This document shows, in pieces, positions 1-10,935 of a DNA stretch of 64,000 nt. Position 1 is the first letter of the stretch; the number at the start of each line of letters is the position of its first letter. Made by a program: the position numbers and the translations under genes. The stretch is from Ginglymostoma cirratum (Eukaryota), in the NCBI GenBank assembly GCA_024137785.1, contig JAHRHZ010000024.1, positions 33,216,644-33,280,643 on the forward strand, given 5' to 3'. The notes under the pieces are model-generated. The model worked only from the letters and a program-made list of their open reading frames with translations, was not told where the DNA came from and did no database searches.

Positions 1-317
1 TCTTCTTCATAGTTCACTGAAGTCAGCTGCTGCTCTTTGCAACTGATCAACCCCAAGATAGCAGAACTAGCTGTTTCAATGACATACAGCAACCATTTAA
101 TTGCTTTTTCTCAGCGTCCCCCTTTGGCTTACATTGTTTATAGCTGTCAAAACCCAGTTCCACCATTTGCTGTTGGCAGGACATGGCTCAATTTCAATAT
201 ATGTTCAATATATGTTCCTTTGGGATACCATTTTCTTCAGGTTTTCAGTAAATGTTTTCCAGTGTAGTCTGAGTGCCATGATGTACTCTGTGGTTTGCTA
301 ACATGCTTCAGCATTGG

Positions 318-450
318 TTTCCGAAGAGGATTCATATTGGACTGAAGAGTATAACTCTGTTTCACTCTCCAAAGATGCTGCCAAATCTACCAGCACTTTC
401 TGATTTTAATTCAGATTTCCAGCATCCACAATATTTTGCTTTTATTTTAG
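318..450 (+). mobile_element. Old degenerate Penelope-like terminal fragment
   Basis: ttccgaagaggattcatattggactgaagagtataactctgtttcactctccaaagatgctgcc...ttccagcatccac resembles the right arm of the 5920-6153 element. Confidence 0.55.
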
Positions 451-831
451 TATTGCTTTATATCTGTGTACATATTGCTTCAACTGCTTCCTAAGCTGAA
501 AGATGTTGTGCTTCTCTTTTTTCCAGACACTGTCACCTCCAAATCTTGCACATCAGAAATATGATTCCCAAGTTTATTGTACCTTCAACCTCTGCATCAT
601 CACGTAAAGTATGAATATTCTGGTGTTTATTTTTCAGGTCACTTGTTGACTATTCCCTTCCTTTGTGCTGCATATCTTTGCCTAGTGATTTGGGCTTTCC
701 ACAAGCACTGCAGCTTGATTGTTACAAAGGATATTTTGTCCTATCTGGGATTACATGTGGTCATCCATAGGGCTCAGACAATTTTCTCTCCATCTGGCAT
801 GTGGTCTTTGTTGCTATTTCATGACATCAAC

Positions 832-1685
832 CCTGATTGGAATGTAGCAAATATCACCTCACTATTTAAGAAGAAAAGGAAGAGACATAAGGGGAAACTA
901 CAGACCTGTTATTTTAACGTTAGTTGTCAGGAAAATGTTTGAATCTATGAGAAGGAATGTGATAAATATACACTTCAAGAATAATGATTGACTGGGCAGT
1001 GATGATTGTGAATGGGAAATTGCGGTTAATGAACCAGTTGGGATCATTTGAGGATGTCACTGGCAGCATCGATGAGGGGGAGCATCCTTGGATTTTCAGA
1101 AGGTTTTTGCTCAACACTAAAGCTCATCGGATTGGAGGTAATGCATTAACATGGATTAACGATTAACCAACAGGCAGAAAACAGAGTGTATGAATAAATG
1201 GGTCAGTCTTCCACTGCCAGGCTGTGATTACAGGACTACTCCAATGATCAGTACTTAATCCCCAGCTAGTCACAATTTAGATCTGGACACAGAAACCAAA
1301 TGTAATACTGCCAAATTTGCAGATTACACAAAGTTAAAAGGTAGAAACGCATGTTCAGAAGATGAAAAATGGCTTCAAGGAACTTGGACAAATTTAGTGA
1401 ACGAGCAAGAACATGGCAGGTGGAATATAATGTGAAAAAAATGTGACGTTATTCTATTGGGTTCTGAATCTTTGGAATTCTCAGAGAGTGGAATTTCACA
1501 GAGGACTGTGGAAGCATGTCATTATATAATGTTTCAGGTAGACATTGATACCACTGACATAAAGGAAGAATGGGGATAACATGGGATAAAGGTATTGAAA
1601 TGGAAATGGAAGATCAGACAAAATTGTATTGAACAGTGGACCAGACTCAACAAGTTGAATGGGCTACTCCAGTTCCTATCCTTTT
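832..1685 (+). mobile_element. CR1/HER1-type LINE remnant (RT fragment plus 3' end, internally deleted)
   Basis: Frameshifted translation DWNVANITSLFKK..NYRPV, GKLRLMNQLGSFEDVT, KFADYTKL (FADD motif); CR1-like 3' tail gttgaatgggctactccagttcctat. Confidence 0.9.
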
Positions 1686-1984
1686 GTCTTGAATGAAGCT
1701 GTATGAGTAGTTCATGCCTTTATCTGTCTACTGATGGCTTTGAGAGATCTGGCAACATCAACAGCCTTCAACATTATGAGCTTGCCCTTTCTCTACAAAT
1801 TAGTTGATCTACCAGTCTCTGATCAGGTGCTTGAAATATATATTTTTTGTTACATTTCATTATCTAACAAAGAAATCATTAACGTGTTCAAAGAGAATGG
1901 AGCAAACTGATTATAAACAGGTTATGTATCTTTAAAAGCAAACTTGATAAAAACTTGTCCTATGATCACACTTGTCAAGACCAC

Positions 1985-2310
1985 TGGCTGTCCCAAAGCA
2001 CTTTACTGCTAATGTAGTACTTGTGAAGTGTTGTCACGAATCACAGAGGCTAATTTTATGCACTTTAAACACTCACAAACTGCACTACAATAATGAACAG
2101 ATAATGTATTGCCGTGATATCGATTGAGGGATGGCAGGACACTGGAGATAGCTGCCCTGCTCTTCTTCAAAAGAGTGCTACAGGATCTAGTATATCCACC
2201 TGTGCAGGCAGGATGGCATCTGAAAGACAGCACCCTGACAGTACAACACATCCCCAGTCCTGCAGCAGTTTTTGTACTTTAAGTGCTGAACCCGGAAACA
2301 GCTGACAGCC
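1985..2310 (-). mobile_element. Deu-domain SINE (SacSINE1/AmnSINE1-like), degenerate
   Basis: caaagcactttac...ataatgaacagataat...tgaggg...ccctgctcttcttcaaaagagtgc...atccacctg...catctgaaagacagcacc; similar to the copy at 62925-63375. Family name from recall. Confidence 0.7.
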
Positions 2311-2961
2311 ATTGCAAGCTTAAGATTGTGTGGTTCCAGAATGTTCAACAGTCAGATTTAAAGAGTTTTCTTCTTCTTTGAGAAAGACTCAGGAACTGAA
2401 AACCATGAAAGTTGTGTGGAAAACAACCAACCTAATACGAGTAGATCATCATTTCTGACTGTTGATTAAATTACATTGGCTGTAGTTGCAAGTACATCAC
2501 TCCCTAAACTGCAAACAGATGAATTTGATGGCTGCTGCCCATGTAACCATGATCCAACTCATAAGCTGCAAGAACCAACCATTAGTGGTGGTATCTTGGT
2601 TTTTAATTTCCATTCAGCAGCAACAGGTCAATCCTAAAATTTTAAGCCATCTGGGATCTTCAAATATTTAGGATATTGTCCTCTCTGCACGTTTCCATCA
2701 CATCCTACATTTGTTTACTAATTGTTAGCCTTTTCCCAATACCTGAGATTTCCAGAGGACAAGTCGTTTCTCCCATTCAGTCTACATGGGTTCCTATTTT
2801 GACTTGAAGAAGCTTCATTGAGATAAACAAGATGAAAATTCAAAATACACTGATCAATAAATTTTCATTAAACTAGTAACATGCAGAGCTACATACAAGC
2901 AAGAAGATGAGTGAGAGCCAGGTTTAACAAAATAAACACCAGTCGATTACCTGGCCCTGCA

Positions 2962-3155
2962 TCGACAGCAGACAGAATCAATTTTCATCAGAAGCTGTTT
3001 TATATATAATTCAGCAAATACCATTATTAACTGGAAATAAGAAAGTACATTTCCACAGCTGACAAGTTTGTCTAAAAAATCAACTTCAAAAGTCAAAGCA
3101 ACACAAACAAAATCCAATAAAATTTGAAGATGAGCAAAGAAGGCAAGTAAAAAAA
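2962..3155 (+). repeat. Copy 1 of ~190-bp local direct duplication
   Basis: agcagacagaatcaattttcatca...cacagctgacaagtttgtctaaaaaatcaacttcaaaagtcaaa...ggcaagtaaaaaaa recurs at 4430-4623. Confidence 0.9.
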
Positions 3156-3584
3156 TCTATGCGCAATTAGAAACATGGGCAACGTAAAGTGGTAATCAAA
3201 GAAAACATGGATTGGCAGCGTTTCACACAAGGGTGTACACAATTCAATGGTGAGATAACAAACGTCAACAATGCAAGAAAAAAGTGCAGCTACAGTCCAG
3301 CATCAAAAATTCTATTGTTTGCAATAAATCTTTTTGCATGAACCTATCACTTGGCCAGCATCATAGTTACATTTTGATTTGCTTCCACACGCAATGTGAT
3401 ATACTTTCTTTTCTGCAATGAAGAATGCAGGAAGGCATACCATGAGCAGCACCAGACATCTCTAAAAATGAGTTGTCAACCTGATGAAGCCACTAAACAG
3501 GGCTACTTGCACGTCAAGAAGCATGAGCAGCAAATAATAAGATAGGGGTCAGCATTTCCACAACCAGCAGATCAGAGGTGTGAG

Positions 3585-3937
3585 TAAGGGGGAGGTGATA
3601 GTCTCGGTGTATTATCACTGGATTGTTAATCCACAGACCCAGCTAATGTTTTAGGGACCCAGGTTCGAATCCTGCCATGACAGATGGTGGAATCTAAGTT
3701 CAAAAGAAAAAAAGTTGGAATTAAGAGTCTAATGCTGACCATGAATCCATTGTCAATTGTCAGGAAAAAGCCACCTGGATTCACTAATGTCCTTCAGGGA
3801 AGGAAACTGATCCTTCCCTGGTCTGGCCTACATATGACTCCATACCCACAGTAATGCAGTTGATTCTTAATTAGGGATGTACAACAAATGCAGGCCTAGC
3901 CAGTGACACCCACATCCCAGGAATGGATAAACAAAAG
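3585..3937 (+). mobile_element. tRNA-derived SINE (~350 bp) sharing its 3' tail with the 3410-5895 LINE family; inserted in that LINE
   Basis: B-box ggttcgaatcc; body cagggaaggaaactg..ctggtctggcctaca..gactcca; tail ttagggatg..aaatgcaggcctagccagtgacacccacatccc. LINE sequence continues on both sides. Confidence 0.85.
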
Positions 3938-4429
3938 ATTTAAGCTCTGCATCCTGCCACATCTAGCCATGAATGGTGGTGGACAATCAAACAACTCACT
4001 GGAGGAGGAGGATCTGTAAATATCCCCATTGCCAATGATGGGACAGACCAGTGCATTAATGTAAAAGGTAACACTGAAGCTTTCACAACAATCTTCATCC
4101 CAAAGTGTCGAATCGATGATCCATCTTGGTCACCTCTAGAAGACCAACACCAGCATCACAGATACCAATCTTAAGCCAATTTATTTCACTCCGTGTGATA
4201 TCATGAAATGGCTGGAGGTAGTGTATATTGCAAAGGTATGAGGCATGACGACATTCCAACAAGAGTACTAAAGATTTGTGCTCCAGAACTTGCTATGCTC
4301 TTAGTTAAACTGTTCCAAGACAACTACAACACTGGAATCTGCCCAGTAATATGGAAAATTGCCCTGATATGTCCTGTACATAAAAGACACAACAAATTCA
4401 ACCTAGCCAATTACCAGCCCCAGCAATCG

Positions 4430-4623
4430 TCGAAAGCAGACAGAATCAATTTTCATCAAAACTCACTTTATATATAATATAGCAAATACCAACGTGTAAC
4501 TAGAAATCAGAAAGTTCATCTTCACAGCTGACAAGTTTGTCTAAAAATCAACTTCAAAAGTCAAAAAGATATAAACAACGTCAAATAAAATTTGGACATC
4601 AGCAGAGGAGGCAAGTAAAAAAA
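4430..4623 (+). repeat. Copy 2 of ~190-bp local duplication, interrupting LINE RT
   Basis: Aligns with 2962-3155; sits between the LINE codons ..ANYQP and VTEGVIN.. Confidence 0.9.
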
Positions 4624-5004
4624 GTGACGGAAGGTGTTATCAATAATGCCATCAAGGTAATAACCTGCTCAGTTATGTGTAAAAAGAACATGCTCACGGA
4701 CACCTAATTTGGCTTTCTCCAGGGTCACTCAGCTTCTAACCTCATTAGAAGCCTTGGTTCAAACATGGACAAAAGAGCTGAATTCCTGAGGTGAGATGAG
4801 AGTGATATTGATATTAAGGGTACATTTAAATAACAGCAGCAACAAGGAGCTCCAACAAAACTGAAGTCAATGGGAATCGGTGGGGGGGGGGAGGAAAACT
4901 CTGCTGTTTGGAGTCATACCTGTGGCACAAAGGAAGGTGGTTGCGGTTATTGGGCGTCAGTCATCTCAGCTCCAGGGCACCTCGGCAGGACTTCATCAAT
5001 GTAG

Positions 5005-5124
5005 GCATTTTTCTTATCAACCTGATCAGAGATGTTATTACTCATTACTGAAGCAGGTGGGACTTGTACTTAGGCCTCCTAGCTCAGAGGTGGGTTTACT
5101 ACCACTACACCACAAAAACCCTTG
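5005..5124 (-). mobile_element. Short (~120 bp) tRNA-derived SINE, copy 1
   Basis: Reverse complement: tgtggtgtagtggtag (A box)...aagtacaagtcccacctgct (B-box-like)...caggttgataagaaaaat; degenerate TSD cttcatcaatgtag/gttcatcagagtaa. Confidence 0.8.
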
Positions 5125-5919
5125 GTTCATCAGAGTAATCACCTAGGCCCAACCATCTTCAGCTGCTTTGTCAATTAACTTCCCTTCATCATAAGGTCAG
5201 AAGTGGTGATGTTTGCTGTTGATTGTATAACGTTCAGCAACATTCACAATACCTCATATACTGAAGCAGTTGGTGTTCAAATGCAACAATATCCTGGATA
5301 ATATCAGGGGCACATGAGTGACAATTAACACCATATGAGTGTGAGGCAATGACAAAATCCAATGCAAGAATTATCTAACAAGAGGGATCTAAACACTACC
5401 CTTGGCATTCAAAGGAATTACCATCACTGAAGGCCCCACTTACCAACATTCTGGTGCTACCATTGACCAGAAACTGAACTAGACCAGCTAGATAAATACA
5501 GTGGCTAAAAGAAAGAGTAGGAACCATATAGCAAGTAACTCACCTCCTGACTATCCCACCACAATTGACAAGATGAGATGGATGGCAGAAATTCACCAAG
5601 GCTCCTGAAACTGCACCTTTCAAACTAGTCACCATATCCATCTAGAAGGACAAAGATATCAACCACATGGGAACACAATGACCTCCAAGATCTCCTCCAA
5701 ATCATTGCTACCTTGACATGGAAATATATCACTGGGTCAAAATCTTCGAACCCCCTTCGTAACAGCATTGCCGGTGTACCAACATCAAACAGACTGCAGT
5801 GGTTCAAGAAGGCAGCTTTCTGCTACCTTCTCAATTGTGAATAGGACTGGGGAATAAATGTTGGCCCAGGCAGCAACGCGCACATGAGTTACTTCTAAAA
5901 AAACTACACAAGTACTGTT

Positions 5920-6153
5920 AAAAACTGGAAGAACTGTAGATGCTGTAAATCAGGAACAAAAACAAAGTTGCTGGAAAAGCTCAACAGGTCTGGCAGCATC
6001 TATGAAGGAAAAAACAGAGTTAACATTTCGGGTCCAGTGACCCTTCCACAGAACAGTTCTGAGGAAGGGTCACCGGACCCGAAACGTTAACTCTGTTTTT
6101 GCCTTCACAGATGCTGCCAGACCTGCTGAGCTTTTTCAGCAACTTTGTTTTTG
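5920..6153. mobile_element. Palindromic Penelope-derived element with 15-bp TSD
   Basis: Arms ~5957-6053 and ~6056-6153 are near-perfect reverse complements. TSD tacacaagtactgtt (5905-5919) / tatacaagtactgtt (6154-6168). Confidence 0.9.
6055..6092 (+). ncRNA. Minimal type-I hammerhead ribozyme motif
   Basis: AGTT-CTGAGGA-a-GGGTC-accg-GACCC-GAAAC-GTT-AACT: stem I AGTT/AACT, core CUGANGA/GAAA, 5-bp stem II, palindromic ACGT stem III. Confidence 0.8.
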
Positions 6154-7139
6154 TATACAAGTACTGTTCTTCGTCTCTGAGAACGATTGTGCGTCCAAGA
6201 GCAATTACTTGCTTATTCATGTGCAGTTCACTTACGATCAGAAACAGTGCATGATATCTTATACTGGAGTGTCTATTCTAATGAATTACTCATTCCTGTA
6301 TGTAGTTAGAGGGTAAGATTCACTGAACAAATATCAAAAATGTCGATACATGTCCCAGCTCTGCAAACCCGAAGTGGGAAGTACAAATTTTGGCAAAATT
6401 TGGATTCTTGTTCTCAGGTCGTGTTTCTGCAAGTCATGACTCGTGATGCTGGAAAGTATGCTGCCAGATACTGAGGTAGGCTGGGAGCATAACCATCAGT
6501 GTACCAGCACTTTGTCAGAGACTTTCCAATCACAATGAAACAAAGTAACCACCTTCCAGTCTACACCCTCCCCATGCCATCAAATCGGAATGTAGCCGTA
6601 GAAAATACATGTAGGCTATTTGCCCTTTCATGTCTGCTCTGCAAATCAATACAATCACAGCTGACCAGGCAACTCAGTACCCTGTATGTGCCTTCTCCTT
6701 CTATCCTTTGACCTCTTTAGCCTCAAGTAACATATTTGACTCTTTCTTGAAAAGTCTAACTCCTTCTTCAAAATGCTCTCTAATCATGCCCATGACTTCT
6801 CATGCTGGCCATTCCAATCAATGCACGACAACACACCTTTACAATGTCAAAGTCAACTAGGTGCCTTCCCCACGTACCAGTTTTCTCTCACACCTACCAT
6901 CCCTACTCATTCATTATCTATTACAGGTAGATCTCAAGAAATAACTTTTATCTTGGCATCGATATTAAGTGCCAAATTGAAGAATTCATTATTTCAAAGA
7001 CAGAACACTCTCGCTGATAGAAATTCATTCATTACACTTCGATGAATATCTCACAAAATCATGCGTTAGAATTCAACTGAGGCCAAGAGAAGGCAAAAAC
7101 TTTGTATTTAGTGATTACAAAATGCACTTCCACCAATAT

Positions 7140-7375
7140 CACGTGAGACAGATTAAGTGGGTGGGAACCAAACTGGCTTATAGAGTATCATACGGAAAAA
7201 AATAGGACATTGTATGCTTTGGTAAGAAGAATAGAAAAACAAATCATATTTAAATTGACAGAGACTGGAGAATACTGTAGCACAGAGCAATCAGGATTTC
7301 CTGATATATGAATCAAAGAAAGGCACCATAGATGCACATCAAGGGATTAGAAAGGCAATTAAAATGTTGGGGCCG
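7140..7375 (+). mobile_element. CR1/HER1-type LINE fragment
   Basis: gattaagtgggtggg..tttggtaagaagaatagaaaa..attagaaaggcaattaaaatgttgg, typical CR1 post-RT region. Confidence 0.7.
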
Positions 7376-7410
7376 AACGTTTCTCTCTCAAAGCAAAACT
7401 TAACATATAG

Positions 7411-7954
7411 TTCTAAGGTTTTGGAGTAGATCTGTAGCTCGGGTTGTGGGTGTTGAGGTTGGTTGGCTCGCCGAGCTGGNNNNNNNNNNNNNNNNNNNNN
7501 NNNNNNNNNNNNNNNNNNNNNNNNNNNNNNNNNNNNNNNNNNNNNNNNNNNNNNNNNNNNNNNNNNNNNNNNNNNNNNNNNNNNNNNNNNNNNNNNNNNN
7601 NNNNNNNNNNNNNNNNNNNNNNNNNNNNNNNNNNNNNNNNNNNNNNNNNNNNNNNNNNNNNNNNNNNNNNNNNNNNNNNNNNNNNNNNNNNNNNNNNNNN
7701 NNNNNNNNNNNNNNNNNNNNNNNNNNNNNNNNNNNNNNNNNNNNNNNNNNNNNNNNNNNNNNNNNNNNNNNNNNNNNNNNNNNNNNNNNNNNNNNNNNNN
7801 NNNNNNNNNNNNNNNNNNNNNNNNNNNNNNNNNNNNNNNNNNNNNNNNNNNNNNNNNNNNNNNNNNNNNNNNNNNNNNNACTGAGGATGTTACCAAGCAG
7901 GTAACGAAACGTCTGCGGAACAACAAACCAGCTCGGCGAGCCAACCAACCTCAA
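7411..7954. mobile_element. Self-inverted Penelope-like insertion (second family) spanning a 400-N gap, 10-bp TSD
   Basis: ttgaggttggttggctcgccgagctgg (left of gap) is the exact reverse complement of ccagctcggcgagccaaccaacctcaa (right). TSD taacatatag at 7401-7410 and 7955-7964. Confidence 0.85.
7880..7915 (+). ncRNA. Minimal type-I hammerhead ribozyme motif
   Basis: CTGAGGA-t-GTTACC-aagca-GGTAAC-GAAAC-GTC: 6-bp stem II, GUC cleavage triplet; the 5' strand of stem I is mostly in the gap. Confidence 0.8.
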
Positions 7955-8727
7955 TAACATATAGCTGTTACTTGAATGCATAACTATTCTCTTCTGACTT
8001 ATTATTCCTACACCATTTTCACGTGGACTTTGTTGGGTCAGGAACGCATTCCAAGTTCCAAGATTTACCAAGTTTTGGATCCCCATCCTGAGCATCAGAG
8101 GAATACTGTATTTCATTTCGTGCTCTTTTGGTGTGACATGGGTTTTTGGAAAACAAAAACAACACACAGCTCCTTGGAGAGTTTGTGACCACTGTGAGAA
8201 CACTGCTGAGGATATAGTAACATCCTAAAGATGAGGTGTAAAATGTTTTCATACTGTCATATGTTTCTGTAAGGCACTGTTTTGTAATGTGGGTTCATTT
8301 TTAATGCAGTGATTTACTGAAGAGACCAGTCCTGCAAAGGTTAATTAACGCCCACATTCATGAGCTTTCTTTAATCATTGTCCCACATTTCACTATTTTT
8401 CCATTGGCAGAAAGAAGTGCCAGAAAATAAAAATAAAAATAGAAAAAGATGAAGGCCCACCAGCCTCTGCAGTCATGTTCTGTCCTATCATTTAAACTGA
8501 CCAACAGCTCAAGCTGTTTAAAATAAACCTTGTCTTTGAAGTTCAAAAAAAATTGTTGCATCTGCTCCCGTCCACTGATCGACAAGCACTCAGCTTGGAT
8601 TTGGAAAACTGACACCTCCTGCTCTTTTCAGACAACACAGCCTGATGCTTCTGTTATGACAGCTTCGTGGGTGTGAATAGTTGGCTGTGTTTCAAAAGCT
8701 TTCAGGATGTCCCATCCCCTATAATTA

Positions 8728-8975
8728 CATAGTACAGACAGAACAAAAACAGGCCATTTATTTCAAAACACCAGTGCTCTCTTCTAAGGACTCCTCCCCA
8801 TTTTTTTTCCAAATCTAATTCTTTCATTGTAACTCTCTATTCACGTGTAGCTATCGAGCTCCTTTTTAAATGCATTCACACTATTTGCTTCAACCACTTG
8901 GTTCCCCATTCTGCATTCTTACAATTCCATGGGTAAAGAGGTTTTATTTCTAAATTCCCATTTGGATTTGTCTCC
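8728..8975 (-). mobile_element. CR1 LINE 3' end fragment
   Basis: catagtacag..caggccatt..aaatgcattcacactatttgcttcaaccact..gggtaaagaggtttt..aattccc. Confidence 0.65.
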
Positions 8976-9518
8976 AATCATGACCTTGATGGAATTCTCG
9001 AGGATGGCATGACAGGTTTGGGGATACTGGGGTAGGGGTGGGAAGGTGGTTGTGACGCTCAGTGTTAATTAGGTACATTCAAGCACTGAAGCAGCTGCCT
9101 AGCAGCTCACCTCCTGAAGTCTTGAAAATTTAACCAGAGCAAGCAATCATTGGAAGCCGCGTTATGTTGAACCGAAGTGGTACAACGGAAAATGTTTAGG
9201 CATGTTGAAAAGCATTCAGGTTTTGTCAAAACTTTATACATGACAACAATCTTTTACTATCATTAACATTTCTCTACTTTATCAGAGTTTCCAACTCTCC
9301 ATTTTTCAAGGGCAATCTGAAGATTCAGGCATGTTCTTCATTTTAAAATCAAGCACATTTGGTAGCCCCATAAAACAGCTGCAAAATGGACCACAAAATG
9401 ATCCACCTCCCTGGTGACCCATCTCTTTTCCGACTCCCCAGTCATTATTTGGCTGTCAACCCTGGGGCTGCTGACCAATGAATCCATTGACTCCACCAAA
9501 ATGCAATTAAACCTCTTT

Positions 9519-9680
9519 ATTGGCCATGCTAAATTGTCCTATTGTATCCAGGGATATGTAAGGTAGGTATATTTGCCATGGTAAATCGAAGTTACAGGGA
9601 TAGGGTGGGATGCTCTACAAAGGGTTGGTGAAGATTCAATGGGCCAAATAACCTCTGTCCACACTGTAGGGATTCTATGG
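9519..9680 (+). mobile_element. HE1-type SINE 3' fragment
   Basis: ttggccatgctaaattg...gggtgggatgctct...cacactgtagggattctatg, shared with 28198-28492. Confidence 0.8.
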
Positions 9681-10834
9681 CTCTAATAGCAGCAGCTTGG
9701 GTAAAGATATTATTGATTGCTTCAAAACAGCACGGTGATAACAGAAACTAAAGACCTCTGGACAATTCAGTCACCATGGAAACTTGCAGATCCAAAGCTG
9801 AAAGTTGAGAAAAGAGCCTGTATGAACTTGAGAATTAAAAACATGAGCTGCAAACACTATTATAAAATCTTCGCTTCCTTAATACAAGCATTCTCCAGAG
9901 TGGTCACTTTGCACCACAGCAATCCACGATTAATACCATTCTGTGTTCTTTCACATGTGGGGGAAGCTTAACTGTTCAAAATCATAGCAGCAAAGCTCAA
10001 GGTGGTTAAACACACATTCTCTTTCCCACCACAAGATGCATAATTACTGAATCATGTATTTTTCATTCGCTATGCAAATTTATATAAGCAGATATATGCT
10101 TAATATTTACCTTCAACAACTAATCACTTCACTGCATTTCCACTCATGCCACTTGCATATTTGTTGTTAAGAAAAACTACAGTTTTTCACTGCTGGAGCA
10201 GCAGATTTTTCATGTCATGGACGGAATGTTCCTGTATTCAATAGAATCTATTCTCCTATACCAAGCAACAAATCCTGTGCATTCACTTCTCAATAGTGTA
10301 CTTGTACATTTCAAGTTTGATATCCAAATGTTTTAGCAGCTAAAGTGAGGCAACTGTCCACTGTCTCCCCACTCTCCTGCAAACAAATCAGTTTCTAAAT
10401 CATTTACATTCTCATCAATCTGCTTTAGCCATTCTTTTCTAAGAATGGAAAAGGCTAATTAACCTTTCGTTTGAACAAAGGGAATCATGCAGTCCTCTAA
10501 TTCCATCTCCAGGGATTACACTGATAATTATAACAATCTGCAATCTTAGTATATGCACAAATTGAATTCTCTGCTTTCCTGTAAAATAAGTAGTGAGGCT
10601 TTTGGAAAATATTATTGCAACCTTTATCCTCTCATTATTGTTCTGAAATTGCAAGGGACTTTTCAGTCAAATCAAAACATCTCTATTTATTTAGCAATAG
10701 TACACCAACAATGGTGAATCATTTTCAAATCAATCTTTCAAACATAATCTTTGGAAGAAATCTTGCATTTCATTGGAAAATTGTGAAATTGTTCTTATAA
10801 CTGATGCAACAGTAAAAAGGTTTTTAAAAAAGTA

Positions 10835-10935
10835 AACAAACACGAGATCGCAGGAGAAACTCAGAAGGTCTGACAGCATCTGTGTGGAGAGAAAGATAAT
10901 GACATTGAGTCCAATTTGACTCTTCTTTGTAACAT
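10835..10935 (-). mobile_element. Degenerate Penelope-like terminal fragment
   Basis: ggagaaactcagaaggtctgacagcatctgtgtggagagaaa..gagtccaatttgactcttctt resembles the left arm of 5920-6153. Confidence 0.6.

Larger units (their letters stand above)
3410..5895 (+). mobile_element. Degenerate CR1-clade LINE (second family) with RT remnant and 3' end, carrying three nested insertions
   Basis: Translates to EWWWTIKQLTGGGG, DDIPTRVLKICAPELA..KLFQ..NTGICPVIWKIALICPVHK..NLANY, VTEGVINNAIK, LGPTIFSCFVN, MFAVD; 3' tail ggttcaagaaggcagc...aataaatgttggccc. Confidence 0.9.

Noticed and set aside
5920-6153. Classical MITE (DNA transposon) or pre-miRNA
   Set aside because: Asymmetric ends, a long TSD and similarity to PLE termini indicate a retroelement origin.
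7339-8203. Long ORFs in several frames (also 36443-37178)
   Set aside because: They are open only because they run through N gaps.
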